Positions 13,411 through 26,240 of a DNA stretch of 64,000 bases are shown here, in pieces (within the stretch, counting starts at the first letter, position 1; the number at the start of each line of letters is the position of its first letter). The notes under the pieces are model-generated. The model had not been told where the DNA came from and made no database searches. It saw nothing but the letters and a program-made list of their open reading frames with translations. Made by a program: the position numbers and the translations under genes. The stretch covers positions 547,274,001 to 547,338,000 of the forward strand of contig CM097882.1 in NCBI GenBank assembly GCA_044892505.1, written 5' to 3'. Source of the stretch: Schmidtea nova. Taxonomy: Eukaryota.

Positions 13411-13990
13411 ATGTCAGATTATTTTGAATTTTGAAGCGTTATAAATTTGTTGCTTTTTAATAAAACTAGAGCCAAGAAGTCATTGCACAACTGCATGATT
13501 TTTACAAAAGTGAGAATGTCTATAAGCAATCATTTACAACCAGATTTGACAATTTAAAAGTGGACGCACTGGTCTTTTTGATTTGGAAAAGCCTCACAAA
13601 ATTGAGTAAGTTGAAAATAAGATAGAAATTCTTGGAGAAAATCATCATATATCAAGAGACTATATTATGCAAAGTCTAAACATATCCTAGCGTATGTTGC
13701 TTAACATTGTGAATGAAATGGGTGTCAGAAAACTGTTCACGATTTGTACCAAGATTTTTAACTGGAGGGTTGTTGACCATCAATATGACTTTGACGTTGT
13801 TATGACTCACATTAACAACTCAACACATAAAACATTAGTTTAACCATCTTGTTGCCAGTCACAATGTAATGTTGGTAATGTAACAAAAGGGTGGATGTTC
13901 GCAAACAGTGAGCGTCGAAAAATTCAAAACTATGATTGACCGAACATCTCTTGGGTTCAAGGGATACCAATAGAAGGTTTCGCGCCCATT
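13411..13990 (+). pseudogene. Mariner transposase, N-terminal half, degraded
   Basis: Frameshifted translation gives QEVIAQLHDFY, QFKSGRTGLFDLEKP, ILGENHHISRDYIMQSLNIS, EMGVRKL and WVQGIPIEGF, matching mariner HTH to WDSKGI motifs and the copy at 50803. Confidence 0.65.
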
Positions 13991-14127
13991 TTTGTCGCTT
14001 ATTCAGCAACTTATGCATAAAAATTCAATAATATTTTAATCGGAAATTCAAATAAGTAATCTACATCAAAACAAATTTATTAATATCAAATTAACCTACA
14101 TCATTCAAAAATAATATATTAGTAAAT

Positions 14128-14290
14128 GTGTCCCAAACACTTTTAATAACATAAAATCCCAATACACGTTTTGATTTAAAAAACTTTTTAAAGAAGGACT
14201 ACTTTTGTACTTTTGAGGTTTTTTAAAATATATATTAAATAATTAGTGTATACATAAACATATGTTAAAATCCATACTACTTTTTTTATA
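14128..14290 (+). repeat. Dispersed repeat; second copy at about 21030-21130 plus 22996-23060, split by the Tigger
   Basis: Shared AAACACTTTTAATAAC...GATTTAAAAAACTTTTTAAA...AAAATATATA|TTAAAT(A/T)ATTAGTGTATACAT...AAATCCATACTAC. Confidence 0.85.
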
Positions 14291-14659
14291 TAAACTTCTC
14301 AAACAGTTTTGTTTTAAAATTGAGCCTTCAAAAATTGTCAAAAATTTGTGAAACTGGTTTTAACTTAAACTTAGCTTTAAATTATGCTTCAATCAAAACT
14401 TGTAAATTAAGCTTAAAATGTCTGAAAATGACACTGCTATTTATATCATTATCAGTTCATTTTGTTTTTTTTTGATGCAGTAAAACAATTTTTTTGAACA
14501 GTAATTGTTTTGTTTATCATTTTCTCGTTCTTACTTTTATTTTTGTTTTAATTAATTTTTTCCTTCATGTGGTTGATTGTTTTTGTTTACTTGATGTTTT
14601 GCCAAATTATTTGAGTATTCTTCGTGCATTTTCGCTACATATTGTGTTTTGCACCCGCT

Positions 14660-15030
14660 GCTCATAAGTATACAGATGTGTGCACTGCAGAACAAAGACA
14701 TATGACGACTTAACATGTGAGCGTCCAATCAAAATCAAGTACACTCCGAGGGTCCATTTCTTTTTTTTTGCGAACCGTCATAAATTTTTTTTCGCACACC
14801 CCACTATAAATTTTTTAAACACACACACGATGAGTCATAAAAATTATTTTTAATTTTTAAGGTCATTTTAAGGACAAATTATGAGGTCATCTTGAGGATA
14901 CATTATGAGGACAAAGGTCAAAGTCACTTTAAGGTCTAGGTTCAAATTTTCAAAATACTTAAAAATTTCAAAAAATCCTAAATTCTTCAAAAACTTTAAA
15001 AAATACAAAAAACTTTAAAATTTCAGCACG
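14660..15030 (+). repeat. AGGTCA-rich dispersed repeat; diverged inverted copy at about 18900-19260
   Basis: CAGATGTG..CACT.CAGAACAAAGACATATGACG..CCAATCAAAATCAAGTA and AGGTCA blocks are collinear with the reverse complement of 18900-19260. Confidence 0.8.
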
Positions 15031-15283
15031 CATTCAATTTACCCCTCTTTTTAAAATTATTCATTTAGAATACCTTAATTTACTTTTAAATTTAATATTT
15101 TATTATTATAACCTAATGTTATTTTATTAATTAACATTATTTTATTAATTATTATTTTTTATTATTATTAACATTATTATTATTATCATAATTATCTTTT
15201 TTCACCTTTGATCTTTTTTTATTATTATTATCAATAATTCTCATAATGATGACTATAGATCAAAATTTTTTTTATAAACAATA

Positions 15284-15316
15284 ACACAATATTTCGGCAC
15301 AACCTTTATCAAGTGT
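15284..15316 (-). ncRNA. Minimal hammerhead motif, U3-A8 variant, within a Penelope pLTR fragment (about 15190-15320)
   Basis: Same as 7331 except stem II GGT/GCC (U.G wobble). Confidence 0.6.
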
Positions 15317-16535
15317 GCATTTCAATCGTTATATTAACTTAATCGTAAATAGTAATCTTAATTATTTTTTTTAATATTTTATAATGATTTTATTGGATGA
15401 AAAAAATTTATTTTAATTTTTTTGTGCGAATTGAATGTTGATGGACGGTTTGTTATTATAAATTATTATTATTATAAATTCTACAATTTTTATTATAATT
15501 ATTTAAAATTTTAATTAATTAACATTATTATTATTAATACTATTTTTATTACTATTTTCCTAAGTGTTACTTATGTAAATACTTTTATAAATTATTATTA
15601 TAATTACTAATTATTTCAAAGTTTTATTTTTCTATTAATTATTTTTACAATTTTTATTATTAATTATTTAAAATTTGTTATTATTATTATTAATTAACAT
15701 TATTATTATTATTACAATTTTTTATTATTATTACTATTATTAATACTATTTTTTATTATTACTATTTTTCTAAGTGTTATTTTTCTTCTTTTTATTATTT
15801 TTACAATTTTCATTTTCATCATTATTAATTATTTAAAATTTTTAATAATAGTTATTATTAACATTATTATGATTTTTAATACTATTGTTTTTTATTATTA
15901 CTATTTTTCTTAGTTTTATTTTTATAATTATTATTTACATAAATTTATTATTTTTATTATAATTATTACTATTTTTATTATTATCAAGAAAAGAGAAGAC
16001 AAGATGAAGAACATGTGCTTAATATTGCCAGTCCTAAAGAGCGCTGATTAAATGCCTGTGCTTAAAATACACGCTTAGAAAAACTTCGCTTCCACAAGGG
16101 TCGTCACTGCCACACCAAAGTGAGATCAATAGGACCTGTGCATCAATAGTTCGCTATCTATGGCGATCATGTCTCAGATAATCAAGTGTAGACAGATAGC
16201 AAGACATCATCCACAACGTAGTGTTTCATACTTCATAAATGTGCCGACAAGACATCGTCATAAACACTATGACCGAAATTAATAAAATTATTAACAAAAA
16301 TAATCAAACATAGCAGAGGCCTCCCATTAGGTTGGATTACGGTCGTCCACTACAACGACTGGCATGCTTCATTTAAAAATTAACAAGGCATAACAAACCT
16401 CCGACCCTCATTTATTAATATAATTACATAAATTTATTAAAATATAAAAGATTTACGTATAGAGGCCGAATAACATCGGGTTTAAATTATTTTTCATACG
16501 TTATGATGTGACAGAAATAGCATTTGACAACAATC

Positions 16536-16579
<44 letters not shown>

Positions 16580-16937
16580 ATCGACAGTTGAAATCAGCTA
16601 ATCAATTCATTAATAAATTGAGACATTTTACTGAGTCTTCTTTTCTAACATCGTAAACTAAAAGAACCAATAAAAACAAAATTCAAAAATTTACTACTTC
16701 ATTCAATTGAGATTACTTGTAGATTGCAGAAATTTCTAAATAATTAAAATTCTTTTAACTATTGATAATTTTTGGATTCAAAATTGTAATTAAAATATGA
16801 AATTAATACAAATAAATTAATACAAATTAGTTTAAAATTTACTTAATATTAATAATAATATAATATTTAAAATTTAATACATTTATATTTTAAAATAACA
16901 TAAATAAACAAACTTACGTATTGTTTTTAAAAATAAA

Positions 16938-16985
<48 letters not shown>

Positions 16986-17779
16986 TGAAGCTTGTAAATA
17001 AATCTTTATAAATTTATTTAATCTTTATAAATTAAGTTAATCTTTATAAATTAGATTAAACTTTTAAAGTTTACTTAAAAGACTTTATAATTTACTTTAA
17101 AATTTTGATAATTTACTTTTAATTTACTGTAATATTTTATGTTTAGTTAAAAAATGATATATACGGATTTTCGTTGAACTTTTAAATCATAGAGTGATAA
17201 AATCTAAATGAGTAAAACATGTAAATCTAACTCGCGCGCATACACAAGTGTATTTTATCAAGCTGTATTCTATGTAGAACAAGATTCTCATGTAAAAACT
17301 TATTTGAAATTTGATCTGATTATTACAAAGGAACCTGGTAAGTCAACACAATGATTAAATCACAGTTTTATTGTCAATCTTTAGTAGGTAGGTTGTAAAT
17401 ACTATTTCGCGTATTTTATGTGTTAATATGAATGATTTAACATATTTTGGTGAAAACACACATATTCAGTGAAAACACACATGTTTAGTGAAAACATACC
17501 TCTTTAATAAAAACACACCTGTTTGATATTTTTTATGATGATTTTTAGTAAAGAACATGGTCAGTGTTTATTTGAGTACCAGTTGACCAAACCTTACCTT
17601 TCGTGGTAAATCAATGCGGTTTTTATGTATAACTAATTAGTGACAAACACTCGAGAGCAAAGAAAAAGAACCCACTTTATGATGAGAACCCACTTTGTAG
17701 TGTTTTTATATTATTTTAGATATTTAATAAGTGACTTGTAGATTATAGTTTAATATTTTATCAATTAAGCAGTGTGGAA

Positions 17780-18108
17780 ACAAGATGCAAGACATGTGCA
17801 ATCAATGTGCAACCGAGTATCAATGAATCATGACTTGTATTTATAATGTCTTTTTTTATTACTGGTTAAATATATTCATTTTAAATGTAGTTTTTTGTTT
17901 AAGAAATATTCTTAATAATTAACAATAATAATAAAAGTTATAAAAGTTATAACAAGAAGCAAGAAATGTACAATCAATGTGCAACCGAGTATCAATGAAT
18001 CATGACTTGTATTTATAGTGTTTTTTTATTACTTGTTAAATATATTTATTTTAAATGTATTTTTTGTTTAAGAAATATTTTTAATAATCAACAATAATAA
18101 TACAAGTT
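17780..18108 (+). repeat. ~170-bp tandem duplication running into a gap
   Basis: CAATCAATGTGCAACCGAGTATCAATGAATCATGACTTGTATTTATA occurs at about 17800 and 17970. Confidence 0.85.
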
Positions 18109-18899
18109 NNNNNNNNNNNNNNNNNNNNNNNNNNNNNNNNNNNNNNNNNNNNNNNNNNNNNNNNNNNNNNNNNNNNNNNNNNNNNNNNNNNNNNNNNNNN
18201 NNNNNNNNNNNNNNNNNNNNNNNNNNNNNNNNNNNNNNNNNNNNNNNNNNNNNNNNNNNNNNNNNNNNNNNNNNNNNNNNNNNNNNNNNNNNNNNNNNNN
18301 NNNNNNNNNNNNNNNNNNNNNNAATAATAATGAATTTTTAATTAATCAGTGTGTAATACATGTTAATATTAGTAATACACACATGTGCAGTACATATACG
18401 TGTCATGTGTAGAACACTTGCATGATTCTGATAGGCTGCACATAGCCTTAGTCTTAAAATGCAAAATATTTTCAGCAAATCGAGTCCAATTAAAGATTCA
18501 TTTAAAATGAAACCAGTTAAGAACAAAAGCAAATCAATTCAAACCAAAAATGATTTCTGACCGGTTCAAAAGTTTCACGATTACCAAATGTTTTTCTTGG
18601 TAAATGAAATCCCATTCAAGGGTTCATATCCACTTAATTTGACAGCCTTGTAATATCCAAACTTAATTGGTCAGCTTTATAAAGAAGATGTCAGCGCAAT
18701 CAATAAAGTGTTGATGAAAATCAACAAGAAATTATCTTGCAATGAAACTATATATATATATATATCAACAACAATAAAACTTACTTCCATGACTCATTGC
18801 AATCCGTTGAATTTATGGACAATGAAAATTGGTTTATTAATCTATCGATTCAAGGCTATAAATTAGATAAAAAGAAGTAGTGTCTCCTATTTGGAAAAT

Positions 18900-19260
18900 C
18901 AACAGCGCTAGAATTGCCTAATGTATTTTTAATAACTTTATAATCAAAAACTTTTAAGTTTTTTTTAATTTTTTGTAAATTTTGAAAATTTGAAAAAATT
19001 TTAGTTTTTGAAAATTTGACCTTTGACCTCAAATTGACTTCATAATGTGTCCTCAAGATGACCTCATAATTTGTCCTTAAAATGACCTTGAAAATTAAAA
19101 ATAAAATTTTATGACTTATCGTTAGTGTGTGTGTGTGTTAAAAAAATTTAGGGGGATCGCAAAAAAAGAGGGCCCCCGGGGTCTACTTGATTTTGATTGG
19201 ACGAACACATGTTATGACGTCATATGTCTTTGTTCTGGAGTGTCCACATCTGTCTACTCC
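18900..19260 (-). repeat. Inverted copy of the 14660-15030 AGGTCA-rich repeat
   Basis: See 14660; contains the TGACGTCA palindrome at about 19216. Confidence 0.8.
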
Positions 19261-19364
19261 CATAGTAAAAATCAGTTTTTGCCCAACACCCATCTCCCAA
19301 GAAATGTTTGATTTTCACAATCTTTTGGCACATATAAGACTTTCTCAAAATGGATTTCGCTGCA

Positions 19365-19752
19365 TCAGATATTAAAATCAACAGCAACTATTATATACAA
19401 GGAAGCAGGAAGAAAGTAGCAGGAATTGAGGAAATAATGAACTCTAGCTTTTGCATTACAAAAGGCCAGTCTACACATCAACCTGATAACAACAACAATT
19501 GACTCATGTGAATTCTCACTGATGCCTCACCCATCATAAAGTCTTAAGCTAGCTTCCAGTGATTTTCACCTCTTACGACAATTGAAGAAGTATTTACGAG
19601 GAAATTTCTTTAATTATATCAGTGATTTGCAGCAACATCTCACGGATTTGCTGACTTCATACCCTAAAAACTTTGTATGAAAAGGGCATTTAGGACTTGA
19701 TGACACGATGGAAAAATGCATTGAAGTTGGTAAAGCTTACAATGAGAAATAA
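19365..19752 (+). pseudogene. Mariner transposase, C-terminal half, degraded
   Basis: KINSNYY, HQPDN, MPHPS*SLKLASSDFHLLRQLKKYLRG (YSPDLAPSD motif), RWKKCIEVGKAYNEK*. Confidence 0.8.
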
Positions 19753-20059
19753 ACCTTTACATGTTTCTTGTTTTTGGCATCCAATCAAATGCACTGGGCA
19801 CGTCGACAGGTGAATGATAAATATATCTGAAAATATTTACATCTGCCCAATTTACCCACAAACGTCAAGTGAACGTGACGTAAAATTCTCAGTTTTTTAT
19901 ATACAAAAGTTTTTTGTATTGCTCACACTTTAATTTATTTAGATACTCCTCGGCCAGTGAATCATTGTGATCAATAAATATTATTTTGCAATCTCGTTTT
20001 TCTAATACTCAGAAAATGCAACTTTGTCAAAGTCAATATTTATAATTATATATATATAT

Positions 20060-20980
20060 CGAAAAAATGATGGCCTATTATTAATAAAAACATGAAATTG
20101 CCAAACAATAGAAATATATTTCAAGGACATAGTCCTCATCATCAGTCTGCCATCATAATCTAAATCAAATGCTATATACGGAAACAGTAATGACGTAATG
20201 GCTATGATTTAATGAGTTAATTAAATAATCTCAATAAATTCGTGGCTGATTGAATATTAATTGTAGGGGATTGTGATTTAATCACCAACGCCTAACATAA
20301 AATTCTTTCCCATTTATTGTTAAAGTTTTTTAATATAATTTTAAAATCTTTTAAATCAGTTTCTCCTTTACACATTTTTCTATGCTCAATAATATTACTC
20401 ACACCTTCCAATCGGTTATGTTCCTGAACCCGTGTGCGGAGATGAGGGGAAGTCTCTCCAATGTATGTGGCATTGCACCCATTACAAGAAAACTTATACA
20501 CTAGATCAGAAACTAAACCTATTGGGGTTTGAGATTTATTACTAAACATATTTACTGATTTTAAAGACTTTGACTCTATGTTAAATATGTTAGAATTTCT
20601 TTAGGATTTCATTATAGAACACTTAAAATTTTTAAAACCTTCCGAATATGGAATTACTAAAACGTGCGTTTTTAAATGTTCACTATCATTAGATGGACTA
20701 CCATTTCCAATGCTTTCATCAGGCTCAATCAATAGCCGATCAATGGTTTCCTTAGTCAGTCTTTCTACAAAAGCCTTTGAATATCCATTTTTATTCAGAA
20801 GAGTAACAAGTTTATGTATAATTTTGTTAGATTTTTCAAAAGTAGAAGATAATGACCACGATCTAAAAATCGAACCCTTAATCATATTTTTATTATATTT
20901 AAAATCACAAAAGCTATTAGCAGTAGTATATAGACCTGTATCAGTTGGCTTTCTATATACTTCTGTTTCAAAACCCTTAG
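20060..20980 (-). mobile_element. 5'-truncated Penelope-like retroelement with a 3' hammerhead, flanked by (TA)n
   Basis: VYRKPTDTGL; LVYKFSCNGCNATYIGETSPHLRTRVQEH GIY-YIG; TA tracts at both ends. Confidence 0.9.
20110..20148 (-). ncRNA. Minimal type I hammerhead ribozyme with canonical core
   Basis: AGA-CTGATGA-T-GAGGAC(TAT)GTCCTT-GAA-ATATAT-T-TCT, located 3' of the GIY-YIG ORF. Confidence 0.75.
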
Positions 20981-21130
20981 ATATATATATATATATAATT
21001 TTTTTAAGAAATAACATAATTAAATTAACGTAAAACACTTTTAATAACCGAAAATCCCTATAAACGTTTTGATTTAAAAAACTTTTTAAACAAGGGTTAC
21101 GTATACTTTTGAGGTGTTTTAAAATATATA

Positions 21131-22995
21131 CAGTCGGACCCCCTTAAGACGAACTCTCATAAGACGAATTTCTGGTTAATATGAAGTAGTTCCTGTTCCC
21201 CGAATTTACCTCTATTTAAAGAATGCTGAAATTAATCGGATAATACGAAGTTGGATAATACGAATTTTCTGTTAATACGAAGTAAAATTGTGGTCCAATG
21301 AGGCAAAAAACCCTCTTAAGACGAAGTCAACTTTTCCCATTTCTCTGATTTCAGTAAAAAAGAAAAAAAAGAACATATTGTACAAAACTCGTGGGAAAAA
21401 TTATACAGTATTGTATATACTGTAGATCAGTGTTGTCCAAACTGTGTGCCGTGGCACACTGGTGTTTTTTTTGTGCGAATAATTTAACTGATATTAATTG
21501 TTCTTTTTTTTATATTTAATCTTATCATTGTTATACTGCCTCACATAGCATACACCCCGAGTGTCTGCACACAATTATCGTAAGACTCTCTCGGGCCCTA
21601 CAATTCCTCTTCACATTCGCATACATTTACAAAATAAACAACAACACTAATATTGAAAAGTGATTATATACTTTTACACTAATGAATCAGCTCTCTTCTG
21701 GAAGATGCTACCTGACAGAACGTTTGCTTTTCGTGGTGAGAAATGCCATGGTGGAAAAAGGAGCAAAGATCGAATTACTGTTTTGTTCGGATGCAATTTG
21801 GATGGTACAGAACGCCTGAAGCCCCTGGTTATTGGCAAGTTCGAAAGACCCCGTTGTTTCAAAGGATTGAAAGTCCAAAGTGTGATATACAGGTAACAGT
21901 TATAATTGTGAAATGATTTTGTCTTTACATGCAGACATAACCGCAAGACTTGGATGACATCGTCCATATTCTCAGAATGGCTGAAGATGATAAATGCAGA
22001 CTTCCGTCGACAGAACAGACATATTCTTCTGTTCATTGACAATTGTGTGGCACATCCCAGTGGCCAGGAGCTGTCTAACATCCGTGTTGCCTTTCTGCCC
22101 CCCCAAAACAACCAGCAAGCTGCAGCCTCTAGATCAAGGTATTATAGCTGCTGTGAAATGCACTTACAGGCGAGATCTGGTTCAACGCATTGTGGATATG
22201 ATCGATTTGGGGAGACTGTGCAGGACTTCTCTTCCAAACTTTCTTTCTTTCATGCGATTATGCTACTGGTTGAATCTTGGAACAGCGTCTCTCAGACATC
22301 CATCAGCAACTGTTTCCGCAAAGTTGGATTCATCCTGCCGATATTGAAAGTGGACGAAGAAGCAAATGAAGAGGAAGGCATAACGGTGCCCCGCAACATA
22401 TGGGACAGACTTTCGGAGATCCTCCATCTTCCAGCTCCAATGGAGTTCCGCAAATTTGTCAACTTAGATGCCGATACACTTATCACTGGTATAATGACAG
22501 ACAAGGACATTGTGGCATCGGTGCAAGGTACTACACCCAGTACTACACCCGAGGTTTCAGAGCAAGGCACACAGTTGACGATTCCTTCACTTGCAGAGGT
22601 AGCAAAAATGCTTGAGTGTCTTAAAGTGTATTTCAGTGCCAGATCAACTGACCCCTGTACTCCTCTTAACGTCATTTCTTCTCTTACACGTGAACTTCAT
22701 AACACACGTACAGAAAATCTTACACAAACATCTATTACTGATTATTCTAAGCATGACTGATATGTATTTTGTACTTCAATTTTGTTTGTGAATGCACCGT
22801 TTGTACTATACTTGTCAAAGCTTTAATAATAGACCCTTTAAATTGTATTATTATGTTTAGTAATTATAGCATTTGTGAGAGGCATGAATTGAATGGTTTT
22901 TGTCACCGTTTCTCTATTATTTGGTTAAGACGAAGTTCGGTTAATACGAATTTTTCCCCCTTCCCCAAGAGGTTCGTCTTAAGTGGGTTTGACTG
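21131..22995 (+). mobile_element. Tigger/pogo DNA transposon with a frameshifted DDE_1 transposase lacking the N-terminal HTH
   Basis: 24-bp TIRs CAGTC(GG/AA)ACCC(C/A)CTTAAGACGAAC and TA TSD; subterminal TTAA(G/T)ACGAA repeats; KDRITVLFGCN, PLVIGKFERPRCFK, WMT, LLFIDN...H, LQPLDQGII; frameshift in a C8 run at about 22098. Confidence 0.93.
21893..21934 (+). other. Predicted 42-nt GT-AG intron in the Tigger transposase
   Basis: AG|GTAACAG...TTTACATGCAG|A; contains in-frame stops; removal gives YRHNRKTWMT, matching the pogo YxxNKKAWMT consensus. Confidence 0.75.
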
Positions 22996-24376
22996 TATAT
23001 TAAATTATTAGTGTATACATGAACTTATGTTGAAATCCATACTACTTTTTTATAGAAACTACTCGAACAAATTACAATTAATTTCTTTAAATATTATGTA
23101 AAATGATAATTAAAAGAAACGAGATAGTGAGCACCATGTTTATTTAATTAAAAACAGACATCAATATGGCGATCTAAATTGCCGGAACGTAATATGTTAT
23201 CGTTACGTAACTGTTACACAACAATGTCGTAGTATTTTCTTGCACATATTATTTTATCATAATTTTCTTTTGGATTCCCTTTCTATCTCTTTTTTTTTAT
23301 TCAATAATTTTCATATTAATTATCAATTTTTAGAAATAATTTTTTACCAGACAGCTAAAAAATTTGATCTATTGTCTTATAAAAATGAATATGAAAATTA
23401 TTGAATTAAATATAATTGTACCATAGAATAATAAAATGTCTATATTCAAATAGTCTTTTTAAATGGATTCAATCAACACCAGAAGTTCTGTGGCTAATAG
23501 TATTCACAGCATATTTAAATAAATTAGTGAAATCATCCAATCAGATATTGGGAGAATTCCAGTGTAAACATTTACAACTAATATGCTGTCAAAAATGAAT
23601 TTAACAATAATTATTTCAAATATTAAAGGTTAATATATTCTTAAAAATTTCAAAGACATAATTTAAATTCATTTGCAATTATTATTCGAATGTAGATGTT
23701 TAATTGAACAGCCGGTAAATAGAAACAAAAAAAATTCAAATCTAAAATTAGAATTGATATAACAATTATAAAATATTATTCAAATAATTTTAACAATTTA
23801 TCTAAAATACTAAAAAATATTTAAAATTTTGTAAATTATTTCATTAAAATATTTATTTGGATTTATATTATGAAATAGTCTGCTAATTGATCTGTCAAAG
23901 GAAAAATTCTTAAAGGAAATAATTACAAATTAACTTTTGTTTAAATTGTCATTTTTGATTTATCGATTATGGAGAAATTTAAGATAATTAAAAAATTAAT
24001 CAGTTCATGTAGTTTGAAAAATATTTTTTATTATTATTCATAGTTATTTTCAGTTTATTAACATTTGTCAACTCTGCTCTCCTTTTCGTTATTAAAGGTT
24101 TCATGTTCATTTTTTATTTCATATTTTAATGATTAAATTATGACTAAAATTTAAAATTAAAAGTATGAATTAAAAATATTATTATTAAATATTATTTTAA
24201 CAATATTTAACTTTAATTAAATAATTAAGTATTAACATTTGACTAAATAATCAATTGCAGATATTTATTTTAAAAAGTGTTTATATTGAAAAAAAATTTT
24301 CATAAAAGAGAAATTTCTTAATTTTACGAATTTCTTAATTGTATTTTAATTAATTAAATCATATTACTTTTTATAC

Positions 24377-26190
24377 CAGGGGTGGCTAACAAGTCGATCG
24401 CGAGGCCAATTTTCGTCGATCGTTGATCTCTCGCAATGTCTGGGGTAGAATTTCGTTTACTACCGTGACTTTGAAGCGATTTTAGAAGACAAATCTTTGT
24501 AGTAAAAGTTGAATGTATTCTGGGAACTTGCCAAGTTCATGAACACCTAGAATTCTGACAACCAGACACTGTTATATCCGCTCACCCAGAACAATACATT
24601 TTGAATATGCGTTACATTGTCATCGGACACAACGCGCGAACGCAACAGTTACAACTCGACTCATCGAAGAACACAGCCAGTTAGCTTGAATATTTGGTAG
24701 TGCCATACGGTAACTTCTTTTCTTTTGTATTAACTGTGTCATTATCAAGCAATATTATTTATCCTCGGTGACCACGCTGGATTTCAAATTTTCTTCTGTT
24801 TAAAATGTAATTCCATTTTCTTTGTTTTAAATTAAATTGCTTTTCTTACCTATCTATTTACTTGATAATTGAGCATTCTCGGCAACCGATCTCTAAACTG
24901 CGGTCATTACACTGTGAGAATAATAAAGAACAGTATTACAAATATATTAAGAATAACAGTAATGCTATCTAAAGTAAGAGGTCAGTATTTTAAACCGTAA
25001 TAAATATATTGTAAATTTAACACACTTCTTGTAAAGTTTAATATATTTATATTAGATTTTAATATACTTGTATTGTTGTCCCCGATTGTAGTATGCAGGA
25101 TTGTTATTATTTTTCTCAGTGTAATGGAGATAATTGACGCAGTTCATGAGTTTTTGAATTTTATAGGAAAATATTTAATTCAATATTTATTCTTTAAATT
25201 GTCATATTTCTTTGCATGCTAGTATACCCATGAACATGATTAGTTAACCAAAGAAATCTATAACTTATCACTTCAATGAGGAATGGGAGTTCGATTACTT
25301 TTTTACAATAGTGAATGATAAATGATGTTGCTTAATATGCCTTACCTCGGTAGCCATTTCTAAGAAGGGTTATATGGAGAGACATTTTTGAGCTTTACAT
25401 AACAACTATCAAACAGATTATCCACCAAATTCGGAACTGAGAAAACATAAAGTTAAGGATCTTAAAACTCGATTAGTAAATCAACAAAGTATTTTTAAAA
25501 GCCAAGGTTGAAGTTACAAACAGTAACTACTGCATCATTCAAAGTAAGCTATCTCTTAGCAAAAAAATGCAAGCCATTTTCCGACGGTGAATTTGTTAAG
25601 TAAATATTTTTGGAAATGTTAGTTTCACTTTTTAACGATTTTAAGAACATGAGTGAAATTGTTGCTGCAATTCAAGATCTACAATTGTTTCGAAACACAG
25701 TGGTGCGAAGACTTGAAATGATGAGTGGGAAGGTAAAAGAGTAGCTAATTAAGGATAGTAATAGATGTTCTTGTTTTTCCATTTAGTGTGACGAATCGTA
25801 AGATATAAGTGATACAGCACAATTACTTGTTTTCATTCGTATGATTTTTAAGGATTTTACACCTAAAGAAGAATTGCTGGGTATGATTTCTTTGAAGGAA
25901 AGGACTAGAGGTGTCGACATATTTAAAGCCTTTAAATACTTGCTCTATGATTTTAAAGTACTCTTTTTCAAATTAGTCTCAATAACAACGGATGGTGCAG
26001 CTACAATGATAGGTTGCAAAAATGGATTTATAGCCCTATGTCAAACTGAAGATGAATTCCCAGCCTTTTTGAGCTATCACTGCATAATTCACCAGCAAGT
26101 GTTAGCTAGCAAAAGACTAAACACAAAAGAGTTGATGGACATAGCATTTATAATTGTTAATTCAATTCGAGGAACTTCCCTCAAACTATA
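24377..26190 (+). mobile_element. hAT transposon (Buster/SPIN, GTF2IRD2-like), 3'-truncated pseudogene
   Basis: Left TIR CAGGGGTGGCTAAC preceded by TTTTATAC (central TA); FNEEWEFDYFF..CLIC..RHF..H BED-like; ITTDGAATMIG, YHCIIHQQVL, IVNSIRG. Confidence 0.85.
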
Positions 26191-26240
26191 TACATTTTCT
26201 CAGTTGATATTTAATAGTGTGTATTTAATAGTTTTAATAT

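Noticed and set aside
21674-22675. Minus-strand ORFs in the Tigger
   Set aside because: Antisense to the transposase; favoured by higher GC
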